64,000 nucleotides of DNA from an uncultured Nitrososphaerota archaeon (GTDB lineage Archaea > Thermoproteota > Nitrososphaeria > Nitrososphaerales > Nitrosopumilaceae). The first letter of the stretch is position 1. Every line of letters begins with the position of its first letter. Location of the stretch: the NCBI GenBank assembly GCA_963701075.1, contig OY969559.1, forward strand, positions 96,001-160,000, read 5' to 3'. This document shows, piece by piece, positions 1 through 9,695 of the stretch. The notes beneath the pieces are model-generated. The model did no database searches. It saw only the letters and a list, made by a program, of their open reading frames with translations, and had not been told where the DNA came from. The translations under genes and the position numbers were made by a program.

Positions 1-182
1 CCATGCACCCCCATAGGTTTGATTTCTTCACCTGCTGTCTTGTAATCAGCTATGACTTTTGGATCTGATGCCGCCTCTGCAAGACGTCCAGGTCCCCAAA
101 CTAGATAATAACTCTCACTTAATGGATCTTTGAATTTTTCTTCCACTTTGTGGTTCTTTGGAAAGTTTGGATCTATTGGCAC
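1..182 (-). CDS. thaumarchaeal 4Fe-4S ferredoxin, N-terminal part (runs off window start)
   Basis: Manual translation from GTG at 182: MPIDPNFPKNHKVEEKF...VWGPGRLAEAASDPKVIADYKTAGEEIKPMGVHG, resembling the N-terminus of AOA ferredoxins; Cys motifs would lie outside the window. Confidence 0.65.
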   Translation of the reverse strand, partial: MPIDPNFPKNHKVEEKFKDPLSESYYLVWGPGRLAEAASDPKVIADYKTAGEEIKPMGVH

Positions 183-335
183 GATATTGCAAGAATATTT
201 CTACTTATTTAAAGTGTGTACAAGAATACGGGCAAAGCAATCTGCCAAGCGGTCAAGTCAGGTAATGAGTTTATCTTCCTATAATTTGCCAGTCATGCAA
301 GATAAATTCATATCTTTCAGAAATTGGTTGTAAGC

Positions 336-1007
336 ATGGGAATTTTCAAGTATGATGTATATCGCAGTCCTAATGTAGGCATTTATGCAAAATGTAATGA
401 CAGTTTTGTCTTTATTCCAAATGGTTTTGCTATAACAAAAGTTAAAAATTTGTGCGAGTTCCTCAAAACTGATTATGTCTTTACATCAGTAGCTAACACC
501 AGACTTCTTGGAGTTTTAATGGTGATGAACAACAACGGAATATTGTTACCACGAAATTCTCTTGAGGAAGAGGTGGTTCATCTAAAAAAATCAACTGGCC
601 TTAATGTAGACATACTTGATACAAAGTACACAGCTATAGGCAATCTGCTATGCGTAAATGACAAAGGCGGAATAATGTCACCTCTAATTCCATCTGAATA
701 TGTAAAAAAAGTCGAAGATGTTCTAGGAATAGAAGTGATAAGAAAAAAAGTTGCCGGATACTATCAAAGCGGTGCCATGGCAAAGGCCAATTCCCATGGC
801 GGAATCATACATCCTGAAACTGAAGAAGAAGACATCAGAACCATATCACAAGTTCTAGGGGTAGAGCTTGAACCTGCTACCATCAATGGTGGATCTCCTT
901 TTGTCTCCTCAGGAATACTGGCAAACAACAAATCCATGGTAGTAGGTTCACTTACAAACGGTCCTGAGCTAGTGATGCTTACAAAAGCATTCAAAGTTGA
1001 AGACTAG
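336..1007 (+). CDS. eif6: translation initiation factor aIF-6
   Basis: SPNVGIYAKCND, IGNLLCVNDKG, ATINGGSPFVSSGILANNK, GSLTNGPEL motifs; ATG at 336 preferred over TTG at 324. Confidence 0.92.
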   Translation: MGIFKYDVYRSPNVGIYAKCNDSFVFIPNGFAITKVKNLCEFLKTDYVFTSVANTRLLGVLMVMNNNGILLPRNSLEEEVVHLKKSTGLNVDILDTKYTAIGNLLCVNDKGGIMSPLIPSEYVKKVEDVLGIEVIRKKVAGYYQSGAMAKANSHGGIIHPETEEEDIRTISQVLGVELEPATINGGSPFVSSGILANNKSMVVGSLTNGPELVMLTKAFKVED

Positions 1008-2274
1008 ATCGCGGATCATTTAGAAGGGAATCGAGTTTAATCTGTTTCTCAGAGCCATCCTTCATATTACGAATTAAAACCGATTTTTCACTATACTCCT
1101 TTGGAGTTATTATTATCACGTACTTGGAATTTGATGCCATGTCCATTTGTTTCCTAAGTGACCTACCTGCCAAATCCACCTCAGACGGTATACCTTTGAG
1201 TCGGAGTGCAGATGCAATGCTAATGGCAATTTTCTTCATTTCATCATTTACAGATGCTACCCATACATGTTCTTCATTATTTGACAAATTTGTAATTCCT
1301 TGTTTCTCTAGGGAATGTACTATGCGCTCCACACCACCTGCAGCACCAGTTGCACCCATGTCGTCTCGCCCAAATGCTTTTGTTAATGTGTCATAACGAC
1401 CGCCACCAACAAGTGCTCCCAGGTCTGAGCTGCTGTCAAATACCTCAAAAACAATTCCAGAATAATAATCAAGGCCTCGCACAGTACCAAAGTTTACTCT
1501 GACATTTTCTACGCCTCTATTTTTTAGTGATTCAAACAGTTGCAGTATCTTGTCCCAGTTTTTGAGCTTGCCCGTATCAATCATTTTCTCAATTTCTCGT
1601 GGAGTTCCCTTCATTTGAGAAAATTCCAAAACCAGTTCCAAGTCTGGAACAGAATATCCCTTTTCTTGATATTCTTTGATTATTTCCTGTTTTCTCTTCT
1701 TTTGTATCTTATCTACAGCCCTTAGAATATCGCCGATTACATCAGACGAATCAGTCTTGAAAATGCTTTTTACATATGATTCAACTAGTTCTCGGTCACA
1801 GATATCAATTACAATATTTCCAAGTTTGAGGCTTGAGAAAAACTTTGAAGTAAAATCTATTATTTCCGCGTCAGACTCTGTATTTGGTTCTCCATATATT
1901 TCCACATCCCACTGATGAAAGAATCTGTATCGCCCTTTTTGTGGCTCGTCATATCTCCATACCCCCCCAAAAGTACAGAACTTTGCAGGAAGCCTCATTG
2001 ATTTTTGAGAGGTGGCATATCTAGTAAGACCAATAGTAAAGTCAAAGCGCAGCGCAACTTCTCTGTCTCCCTTGTCTATAAAATAGTAAATTTCATTTCT
2101 TATAGAAGGCCCACTCTTTGTTTCTATCACTGAGACAAGTTCTATGGGAGATGGCTCCATGAATTGAAATCTGAATAGATTTGATGTTTCTATGAATTTT
2201 TGTCGTACGTATTCTATTGTGGCAGATTCCTTGTGTTCTATATCTCTCATCCCACGTGGTAAGTCCAAATTCAA
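991..2274 (-). CDS. hisS: histidine--tRNA ligase
   Basis: PRGMRD, LRFDFT, WRYDEPQKGRYRFFHQ, VRGLDYYSG, GGGRYD motifs. Confidence 0.97.
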   Translation of the reverse strand: MNLDLPRGMRDIEHKESATIEYVRQKFIETSNLFRFQFMEPSPIELVSVIETKSGPSIRNEIYYFIDKGDREVALRFDFTIGLTRYATSQKSMRLPAKFCTFGGVWRYDEPQKGRYRFFHQWDVEIYGEPNTESDAEIIDFTSKFFSSLKLGNIVIDICDRELVESYVKSIFKTDSSDVIGDILRAVDKIQKKRKQEIIKEYQEKGYSVPDLELVLEFSQMKGTPREIEKMIDTGKLKNWDKILQLFESLKNRGVENVRVNFGTVRGLDYYSGIVFEVFDSSSDLGALVGGGRYDTLTKAFGRDDMGATGAAGGVERIVHSLEKQGITNLSNNEEHVWVASVNDEMKKIAISIASALRLKGIPSEVDLAGRSLRKQMDMASNSKYVIIITPKEYSEKSVLIRNMKDGSEKQIKLDSLLNDPRSSLQL

Positions 2275-2373
2275 GACTCACTTTTGTTCCAATGCATTTA
2301 GACTTTCTGATTTTACAAAATTGCAATTGTGATAAATTAATAACACAAGTGAAACTTACCAAAGGTCGGCCAT

Positions 2374-2790
2374 ATGACATATCGCTATTTAGAACACATG
2401 ACAGATGCATTCATTGAAGTAACTGGGCAAACCCTGGAAGAAGCCTTTGAAACAGCTGGAATTGCTGTAGTCGATACAATTTTTGATATTAAATCAGTTG
2501 AAAAAAAAATGGAAAAAAAAATTGAGATAAAGGCACGAGATCTGAACAACTTGCTATATAGCTGGCTTGAGGAGATAATCATACTTACAATAACGGATGG
2601 ATTTGTTGGAGCCAGCTTTAAAGTTTGCATAAGCAAATCACAAGAATATGTTCTAAATGCAACGATAAATGGGGAAGAGATTGATTTTCAAAAACACCAT
2701 TTTAAATTAGAAATCAAAGCCCCCACCTTTCATCTCATGGAAATAAAACTGGAAAAACCAGTTGTGATGAGATTTCTTCTTGATCTCTAG
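2374..2790 (+). CDS. archease
   Basis: YRYLEHMTDAFIEVTG..LEEAFE N-terminus, IKAPTFH, C-terminal LDL. Confidence 0.93.
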   Translation: MTYRYLEHMTDAFIEVTGQTLEEAFETAGIAVVDTIFDIKSVEKKMEKKIEIKARDLNNLLYSWLEEIIILTITDGFVGASFKVCISKSQEYVLNATINGEEIDFQKHHFKLEIKAPTFHLMEIKLEKPVVMRFLLDL

Positions 2791-2829
2791 TACAAATTAT
2801 TAAATACTGTTTGAATTCATTTTATCAAG

Positions 2830-3213
2830 TTGGTAGACGAGGAAATAGAAAAGATAATGAAAAAGAAGTTAGCTGAAATGACTTCTCACAAGGAGCAGGA
2901 AATTTTAGAACTAAATGATACAAGTTTTGACAATGGAATAGCTGGTAATGCTCCAGTAATAGTTGATTTTTGGGCCACATGGTGTGGACCCTGTCAGTTT
3001 ATGTTGCCCATATTTACTAGATTGGCAAAAAAATACAAGGGCATCAAGTTTGCTCGCGTAAATGTGGATGAAGCACAAGGAATTTCCCAAAGATACCAAG
3101 TGTATGCAATACCTACATTTTTGGTCTTCAAGGGAGGTAAACTTGTCGATAAGGCAGTAGGTGCAGTAGGGGAACCAGGCCTCCACATGCTTGCCCAGAA
3201 ATATTCTCAATAG
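2830..3213 (+). CDS. thioredoxin
   Basis: DFWATWCGPC active site. Confidence 0.93.
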   Translation: MVDEEIEKIMKKKLAEMTSHKEQEILELNDTSFDNGIAGNAPVIVDFWATWCGPCQFMLPIFTRLAKKYKGIKFARVNVDEAQGISQRYQVYAIPTFLVFKGGKLVDKAVGAVGEPGLHMLAQKYSQ

Positions 3214-4991
3214 CCGTAAACGGAATTTGATTTTCTCTGAAGCTCTATTATTTTCTGCAAGGTCTGAAGTTCCTCAGGATTTAACTTGTGAGAAAATTCC
3301 TTGAGTAAAAGCCTAGCTTCTCTAGATGGAGGCAGTGAATAAAAGACATCTTCTTCTGAAACCTGTCTTCCAACAGTGACATTTTGAATAGATATGGCTA
3401 CTTCTTGGCCCTTTTTGGCAGAATCTATGTTCTTTCCATTATCCTGAAGTTGGTGAACAAGACCAATTTTTTTTCCATCTGCGTTCATTATATTGATTTT
3501 TTGTTTGAGGGTACCAACATCCACCCTGACTCCAAAGACAGCTGGATTGCTTTTTCTAAATATGTATCCCTTTAGAAATGTCAGTTTGCAAATAGGAGTT
3601 AGTTCCTGAAATATAGCGTTTTCTTCATTGGCCGTGTCCTCTTGGACCCAGTTGACATAATTATCAATCAGACTGTATATGACTTGATCATGGAAAATTC
3701 TAATGTGGTTTGCCTCCGCTTCTTCTTGAGCATCCTGTAAAATTTTTACATTAAATGCAATCACTACTCCAAGATGCCTGTCATTTTCCTTTATTGCAAG
3801 AGCCTCGACAACATCACGCCTAGTTACTGGACCTATGTCAGCCATTGATACTGGAACGCTTTGTCGTTTTAACATGTCAGTGATGGCTTCAAGAGATCCA
3901 ATAGTGTCACATTTTAGAATCACGCCTTTTTTGTCAGTCTTTACAAAGACTGACTTCATTTCAGACTCGATTAATTTTTTAAATTCTTCAATCTTTGATT
4001 CGTCGGCAGAGGCATAAACTGGACTTCCAGGTAAGACTCCTTCCAAGTCTGGAGATGCAATCTTAATTCCAGCAGCGGCATAGACTTCGTTTACTGGTCG
4101 GAATTTGTCCCTTGGATCGCGCATTTCATCCAATGGTTTTGGTAAGAGTATTGCTTTGGGTTTTGTAATTACTACAGAATCTCTTTTGGCAAGAACTATG
4201 GAGTCACTCTTTTTAAGATTTCCATCAATCAAAATAATGTTGGCAGTTACTCCAAGGCCAGTCTCTTCTTTTACTTCAAGAACTATGCCTCTTGTGGGTT
4301 TCTCTGTCTGGTCGAGTTTCTTTTGTAGATATTGTTGGGTAAGACCTACAAGGACTGCTAGCAATTCTGGAATTCCTTCTCCTGACCTAGCGCTAACGGG
4401 AACGATTGAAACTTCTTTTGTAAAATCTTTGACTCTGTAAAATGCTTCAGAACTGAAGCCAAGTATCGATAGTGTTCCCACAACATTGTACAGAAGCTCA
4501 TCGAGCGAAGTTTGCACGAAAGGATCTTGTTCTTTTATGGATTGAGTGATAAACTTCGTTGTTGGGTTCTTTTTCCAGCCTGAAACCATATCCACCTTGT
4601 TGAGAGCAATTACAAATGGAACCTTTCTACTCTGCAAGATTTTCAGACTTTCATTGGTTTGTGGTTGAAAACCTCGATTTACGTCTACTACCAAAATAGC
4701 AATGTCTGCTGCAGAGCCTCCACGTGCCCTCAAGTTTGTGAAAATTTCATGCCCTGGCGTATCAATGACTAACAATCCAGGAATTTCTTGGCTATCGCCT
4801 GCCATTTTTGCGAACAGTGGTCCGCACACTTTCTTGATTACGTCAGTAGGAAGAAAACTAACTCCTATGTGTTGCGTGATACCGCCTGCTTCACGGGCTT
4901 GGACACCTGTACCTCTTATCTTGTCTAATAGTGAGGTCTTACCAGAGTCTACGTGACCTAGAACTGCCACTATCGGCTGTCGTATTTGCAA
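3207..4991 (-). CDS. infB: translation initiation factor aIF5B (IF-2)
   Basis: IRQPIVAVLGHVDSGKTSLLDKIR, EAGGITQHIG, DTPGHE, NKVD GTPase motifs. Confidence 0.97.
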   Translation of the reverse strand: MQIRQPIVAVLGHVDSGKTSLLDKIRGTGVQAREAGGITQHIGVSFLPTDVIKKVCGPLFAKMAGDSQEIPGLLVIDTPGHEIFTNLRARGGSAADIAILVVDVNRGFQPQTNESLKILQSRKVPFVIALNKVDMVSGWKKNPTTKFITQSIKEQDPFVQTSLDELLYNVVGTLSILGFSSEAFYRVKDFTKEVSIVPVSARSGEGIPELLAVLVGLTQQYLQKKLDQTEKPTRGIVLEVKEETGLGVTANIILIDGNLKKSDSIVLAKRDSVVITKPKAILLPKPLDEMRDPRDKFRPVNEVYAAAGIKIASPDLEGVLPGSPVYASADESKIEEFKKLIESEMKSVFVKTDKKGVILKCDTIGSLEAITDMLKRQSVPVSMADIGPVTRRDVVEALAIKENDRHLGVVIAFNVKILQDAQEEAEANHIRIFHDQVIYSLIDNYVNWVQEDTANEENAIFQELTPICKLTFLKGYIFRKSNPAVFGVRVDVGTLKQKINIMNADGKKIGLVHQLQDNGKNIDSAKKGQEVAISIQNVTVGRQVSEEDVFYSLPPSREARLLLKEFSHKLNPEELQTLQKIIELQRKSNSVYGY

Positions 4992-4997
4992 CCACTT

Positions 4998-5399
4998 TCA
5001 CTTGAATATTACAGCTACCTCTTTTTCAAAACTTTCCTTAGAATCGGAGGCATGAATTATGTTATCTGATATTCCAAGTCCAAAGTCACCCCTAATTGTT
5101 CCCGGAGCTGCCTCAAAGGATTTGGTAGAGCCTATCATGAGTCTTGTTGTAGCAATAGCATTATTTCCTTCAATCACTGCTGCAACAACTCTTCCTGATG
5201 TAATAAAAGAGACAAGTTCGCCAAAAAATGGCTTTGATTTATGATCCGAGTAAAATTCTTCTGCCATCTGTTTTGTAAAAGTAAACATCTTTAGTTTTAC
5301 AATGTTGAAGCCTTTCTTTTCAAATCTTGAAATAATTTTTCCTGCAATTTTTCTTTCTACACCGTCAGGTTTTACTATAAATAATGTCTGTTCAGTCAT
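4998..5399 (-). CDS. ndk: nucleoside diphosphate kinase
   Basis: [24 protein letters not shown]. Confidence 0.97.
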   Translation of the reverse strand: MTEQTLFIVKPDGVERKIAGKIISRFEKKGFNIVKLKMFTFTKQMAEEFYSDHKSKPFFGELVSFITSGRVVAAVIEGNNAIATTRLMIGSTKSFEAAPGTIRGDFGLGISDNIIHASDSKESFEKEVAVIFK

Positions 5400-5400
5400 T

Positions 5401-5604
5401 TTATTTTTTGACCCTTATTCCGCCTTTGACGTATTTGTTTGTCCACTTGAGTCTTCTAGGATCACGCTTGAGAACAAGCATGTTCTTTTTGCATTTAGAA
5501 GAACAGAACCAAAATACTGTGCCGTCATTTTTTACAAGCATGGTACCAGATCCCTTTGCTACTGGCCTGTTACAAAAACTACATGGCTTAACTAGAACGC
5601 TCAA
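5401..5604 (-). CDS. rpl24e: 50S ribosomal protein L24e
   Basis: [23 protein letters not shown]; conserved rpl7ae-rps28e-rpl24e-ndk-infB order. Confidence 0.96.
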   Translation of the reverse strand: MSVLVKPCSFCNRPVAKGSGTMLVKNDGTVFWFCSSKCKKNMLVLKRDPRRLKWTNKYVKGGIRVKK

Positions 5605-5611
5605 TTTCTAA

Positions 5612-5818
5612 TCACTTTATCTTCCTTGCTTCACGCTCGGTTTCACGTAACATGAGTATATCTGACATTCTAACAGAGCCCTTTACATTTCTTGTCAGAA
5701 CCCTACCTTTGTCTTTTCCATCCAATATCTTTACTCTAACTTGTATAACCTCTCCTGCAATGCCTGTTCGGCCAACAATTTGTATTACTTCGGCTGGAAT
5801 GGGTACTTCAGAACTCAT
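5612..5818 (-). CDS. rps28e: 30S ribosomal protein S28e
   Basis: [15 protein letters not shown]...[21 protein letters not shown]. Confidence 0.96.
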   Translation of the reverse strand: MSSEVPIPAEVIQIVGRTGIAGEVIQVRVKILDGKDKGRVLTRNVKGSVRMSDILMLRETEREARKIK

Positions 5819-6201
5819 TTGCTAGCTTGACCACCTTTTATCTGCGCCAGCGATGCCACAATTTGGTCAACTATGTGTTGAGCATCTCCTGAATCTATTA
5901 TCGCAGCTGCTGCAGAGGTGACATCGATTCCTAATGCCTTGCCCAATTCTTGTCTGCTTGGCACAAAGCTATACGGTAAATTATGTTCCTCACAGAGTAT
6001 TGGCAGATGTGCTACTACCTCTGGTGGTTCAACATCCTCAGCTATAACTACGAGTTTACTTATTCCTCTCTCAATTGCCTTTGTGACTTCGTTTGTACCT
6101 TTCTTTACTTTACCGCTCTGATGAGCAACCCTCACTGCTTCGTAGATTGGGCTAACTAGGTCAGCGGGGACTTGGAACTTTACGTAATAAGCCTTAGTCA
6201 T
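5815..6201 (-). CDS. rpl7ae: 50S ribosomal protein L7Ae
   Basis: [33 protein letters not shown]; ATG at 6201 preceded by SD-like GGGTGA. Confidence 0.96.
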   Translation of the reverse strand: MTKAYYVKFQVPADLVSPIYEAVRVAHQSGKVKKGTNEVTKAIERGISKLVVIAEDVEPPEVVAHLPILCEEHNLPYSFVPSRQELGKALGIDVTSAAAAIIDSGDAQHIVDQIVASLAQIKGGQASK

Positions 6202-6233
6202 AGGTATCACCCATTGGGATCATTTCCATTCCT
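6202..6233 (-). promoter_or_regulatory. putative kink-turn in rpl7ae 5' leader overlapping the SD-like sequence
   Basis: Minus strand reads AAU-GA-U-CCC-AAU-GGG-U-GA: tandem G.A pairs, U.U, then three C-G pairs; canonical stem is weak. Confidence 0.5.
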
Positions 6234-6659
6234 TTGGGTGCTTTCAATTGGTTTTAAAAGTGTTCAGGTTACCAAATATTCCAATTAAATTTGGTTTTCA
6301 ATAATTTTAACCCAGTAAAAGGCAGTAATTCTGATCTTAGGACATTTCAAGTGTATACAAGTGCTAGTAAGAATATATCAGACGGTACCAGATAAAAATT
6401 AACTATATAAAAAATGAATTAGATTATTTGAACTGACATGTTATGAGTTAGATCTTGTTTTTCAAACATTGCAAGTCTACTTTGCATTTTTGAGAGCGAC
6501 TATTACTGATATGCATCATTAATTTGCAAGGTTCTAAGTAATGGTATAGTTACCAGCTTTTTTTATTCTTATAAATATCATAATCTCATTTGTCGAAGGC
6601 AAACAATCCAATAAACCAAGATTTCCGATCTAATCATGAATTTGCGTGTATCATATTTC

Positions 6660-7870
6660 TTGACTACATGCAGACTACTATGGATGTAATAAAATTGCAT
6701 GTGGAGACTTAATGCATATGCGCAATCACAAGTTCAGGTTATATCCAAACAATGTCATCAAGGCCAGACTAGATGCAACACTTGAAGCCTCACGCTGGTT
6801 ATACAACTACCTTTTGTCCAAAAACCTTCAGTCAAAGGAAGACATGCAGTTTGCTCTTACAGAGCTGAAAGAGAATGAATCGTGGCTGAAACTGTATCAT
6901 AGCAAGATGCTCCAGATGATACCACATAGGATAGATAGTGCAAGAAGATCACTAATAGAGAAGAAAAAGAGAGGATATGATACAGGTCAGCTGCAATATG
7001 CTACAAGGGATGAATGGAGCACATTTGTCTATAACCAATCTGGGTTTGAGATCAAACTACATGGTAAGGCGGATCTGCTCTGGCTGTCAAAGATAGGATG
7101 TATGGAGATAAGATTACACAGGCCAATAAATAGCAATATCAAACAGGTAACCATAACAAAGAAGGCTGAGAAATGGTATGCTATTATTGCAATAGAGACA
7201 CAGCCAATTTTGCCTAAACTCATCAATCTAAAGAAAAGTGTTGGTATTGATGTTGGCATCAAGAATTATGCATATGATTCAGATGGAAATGTAGTACCAA
7301 ATCCACATAACTTGCAGAAGATGTTAAAGCCGCTGGTGAGAGCGCAGAGAAAGCTATCACGAAGAGTCAGGGGTTCATGCAACTACAAGAAGGCAAAACG
7401 TTGGTATCAGATTCTGCATCAGCGAATTGCAAACAGGAGAAAGGATTTTCAGCATAAACTCTCTGCACACTATGCTAAAAAATATGATGTTGTTTTCATG
7501 GAGAGATTACAATTACGGAATATGATAAAAAACCATAATCTTGCCCAGAAAATATTAGATGCAGGATGGGGTTCATTCAAAGATATTGTAGATTACAAAT
7601 GCATGGTTGTAGATGTAGAACCAAGGAACACAACAATAGATTGTTCTAAATGTATAAACAAGGTACCAAAGACACTTGCCATAAGAATTCATGTGTGCGA
7701 TCAATGTGGTTTATCTATTGATCGCGACCATAACGCAAGCCTCAACATACTCAAGCGAGGACTGGCGCTGTGGAACCTACCGATGGAGCATCGGGAAGTC
7801 ACGCCTGTGGAGATCTCACAGAGATCAAGGAAGCAGGAAGAAGCCTATCTACAAGGGTAGAGTAGCTCAC
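6660..7870 (+). mobile_element. non-autonomous IS200/IS605-family element (solo tnpB, IS1341-like)
   Basis: Left imperfect hairpin ctacatgcag/ttgcatgtgg (6664-6704), tnpB ORF, right subterminal hairpin ending in GCTCAC at 7870; no tnpA; ends approximate. Confidence 0.6.
6712..7860 (+). CDS. tnpB: RNA-guided endonuclease TnpB
   Basis: N-terminal KFRLYP, RuvC-I GIDVG, RuvC-II VFMERL, zinc finger CSKC/CDQC, RuvC-III DRDHNASLNI. Confidence 0.95.
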   Translation: MHMRNHKFRLYPNNVIKARLDATLEASRWLYNYLLSKNLQSKEDMQFALTELKENESWLKLYHSKMLQMIPHRIDSARRSLIEKKKRGYDTGQLQYATRDEWSTFVYNQSGFEIKLHGKADLLWLSKIGCMEIRLHRPINSNIKQVTITKKAEKWYAIIAIETQPILPKLINLKKSVGIDVGIKNYAYDSDGNVVPNPHNLQKMLKPLVRAQRKLSRRVRGSCNYKKAKRWYQILHQRIANRRKDFQHKLSAHYAKKYDVVFMERLQLRNMIKNHNLAQKILDAGWGSFKDIVDYKCMVVDVEPRNTTIDCSKCINKVPKTLAIRIHVCDQCGLSIDRDHNASLNILKRGLALWNLPMEHREVTPVEISQRSRKQEEAYLQG

Positions 7871-7890
7871 AAGTGTTATCTGCCAGCTAT
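7770..7890 (+). ncRNA. putative TnpB omega/reRNA overlapping tnpB 3' end, guide from right flank
   Basis: Stem-loops (ccgatg/catcgg; gatctc/gagatc) in the tnpB 3' end up to TCAC; location expected from known TnpB biology; boundaries approximate. Confidence 0.5.
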
Positions 7891-9222
7891 CCGCTTTATT
7901 TTTGACATGTATTTATCAAAAATTTCAACCAAATTATCTTCGGTGTTAGATTCAGCATATATTCTTGCTATTGGTTCAGTCCCACTTAGCCTAACCATAA
8001 CCCAGCTTGATTTATCAAGAAAAATCTTGATGCCATCAGTAAGATCTTTTTTGTATGGTTCATTTTTTAGTCCTTGAAGTATTTTTTTAAAACTGTCTTT
8101 TGAACATTCTATCTTGCCCTTTGTTGTAAACGATTGTGGTAAGCTACTCATCTCCTCTGACAAGACCTTGTTAGTTTTTGACAATAGATCAAGTACCAGA
8201 GCCATAGTCATTGAACCATCCCTGACTTGATTGTGTTTTCCATACATGAATCCACCATTTTCCTCAAATCCTACTAGTGCCTTTTCCTTAACCATTTTAC
8301 GTGAGACCTCAACACTTCCTACTCTTGTCCTCAACACTTTGGATTTGGTTTGTTCTGCTATTTCCTCAATTGCAGAAGTGGAGTTGAGTGTTGTCACAAC
8401 CTTTGATTGCGGATATTTATTCAAAAGGAATCTGGAAATGAGAAGTGCCGACCTATCACCTGTGAGAATCTTGCCCTTGTCATCACAAAAGATGCTCCTA
8501 TCACCATCTCCGTCAAATGCTATACCAAAATCGGCTTTTGATTTTACTACGACTTGTGATAATTTGTTCAAGTTTTGTGGAGTTGGCTCTGAGCCTCGCC
8601 CCGAAAATGTGCCATCTATGATATCATTTATGGCAATTACTTCACATCCAAGCTCTTTACAAAGAAGAGGAGCTGCTACTGCCTGTGCACCATTTCCCAA
8701 GTCAAGTGCAACCTTGAATCTACTAGATCTTATTTTCTTGATATCTACCTGAGACTTGATTCCGTCAAGATATGTCCGAATAGATCTGGTTTCGTTTCCA
8801 ATTGAACCGAGTTTATTTAAAGTGCTCCATCTTTTTTTAAAATAAATATCCTCTACTTTGAGCTCATCTTCTCTTGAGATCTCAACACCATCTCTTGCAG
8901 TAGGTTTTAACCCGTTATACTCGGGTGGGTTGTGTGAAGCAGTTATCATTATCCCTCCATTATAGCCTAGTTTTTTTGTGGCAAACTGTAGACATGGAGT
9001 AGGTACCAGACCACATACCGAAGAATCAAGCCCTACCGCACTAAGAGATGAGCATACTACTTTGGACATTATTACACTTGACTCTCTGCCATCGTATCCA
9101 ACAAGTATTGGGCCTTTTCTGAAGAAAGTTCCAAGCGACGATACAATATCAGAAACAAAATCTAGGGTTAGACTCTCTCCGAAGACTCCTCTAATCCCAT
9201 TAGTGCCAAATAATCTTGCCAT
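7876..9222 (-). CDS. glmM: phosphoglucosamine/phosphomannomutase family protein
   Basis: LFGTNGIRG, ITASHNP, FDGDGDR, GFEENGG, RLSGTEP; start moved to ATG 9222 because the longer ORF overlaps tRNA-Leu. Confidence 0.88.
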   Translation of the reverse strand: MARLFGTNGIRGVFGESLTLDFVSDIVSSLGTFFRKGPILVGYDGRESSVIMSKVVCSSLSAVGLDSSVCGLVPTPCLQFATKKLGYNGGIMITASHNPPEYNGLKPTARDGVEISREDELKVEDIYFKKRWSTLNKLGSIGNETRSIRTYLDGIKSQVDIKKIRSSRFKVALDLGNGAQAVAAPLLCKELGCEVIAINDIIDGTFSGRGSEPTPQNLNKLSQVVVKSKADFGIAFDGDGDRSIFCDDKGKILTGDRSALLISRFLLNKYPQSKVVTTLNSTSAIEEIAEQTKSKVLRTRVGSVEVSRKMVKEKALVGFEENGGFMYGKHNQVRDGSMTMALVLDLLSKTNKVLSEEMSSLPQSFTTKGKIECSKDSFKKILQGLKNEPYKKDLTDGIKIFLDKSSWVMVRLSGTEPIARIYAESNTEDNLVEIFDKYMSKIKRIAGR

Positions 9223-9268
9223 GGATACCTCAACAATAGATAAATTTGTCTTAAAAGTCATGGTGCAT

Positions 9269-9353
9269 GCGGGAGTTGCCAAGCCTGGTCAAAGGCGCAG
9301 GGCTTAGGACCCTGTCTTTCAGGAGTTCGTGGGTTCAAATCCCACCTCCCGCA
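9269..9353 (+). tRNA. tRNA-Leu(TAG)
   Basis: GCGGGAG/CTCCCGC acceptor stem, anticodon arm caggg-CTTAGGA-ccctg, long variable arm, GTTCAAATC T-loop. Confidence 0.95.
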
Positions 9354-9356
9354 TTT

Positions 9357-9542
9357 TTAATGAATTATGCAAAGTTGCATTTCTTTATGACCGTGAAAAT
9401 GGGTGCTACAAAAGTCATTTGAGCACTCGTAACAATGCCAGTCACCAATAGTAGAACAAACCCTACAGGTCTTCACGGGATTGTTATGATCATAACTATT
9501 TACTCTACCACGGCTTTTGCTAGAATTTTTTGATCTGTCCAT
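9357..9542 (-). CDS. small Cys/His-rich zinc-finger protein (B-box/AN1-like spacing)
   Basis: CRVC-x7-CYEC-x4-CSTH..GH pattern. Confidence 0.6.
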   Translation of the reverse strand: MDRSKNSSKSRGRVNSYDHNNPVKTCRVCSTIGDWHCYECSNDFCSTHFHGHKEMQLCIIH

Positions 9543-9695
9543 TATTTTGCCTCAGAGTATAAAATTGAAAAATCTTCTTCCATTCAATCACTCATTACAG
9601 AATTGAGATATCTAGTTCTACTAGCATTTGATAATACGTTATATTTCAAAAGGGTATTTAAGCATTAATAAAGCGCGAAATACGTACCAATTAAA

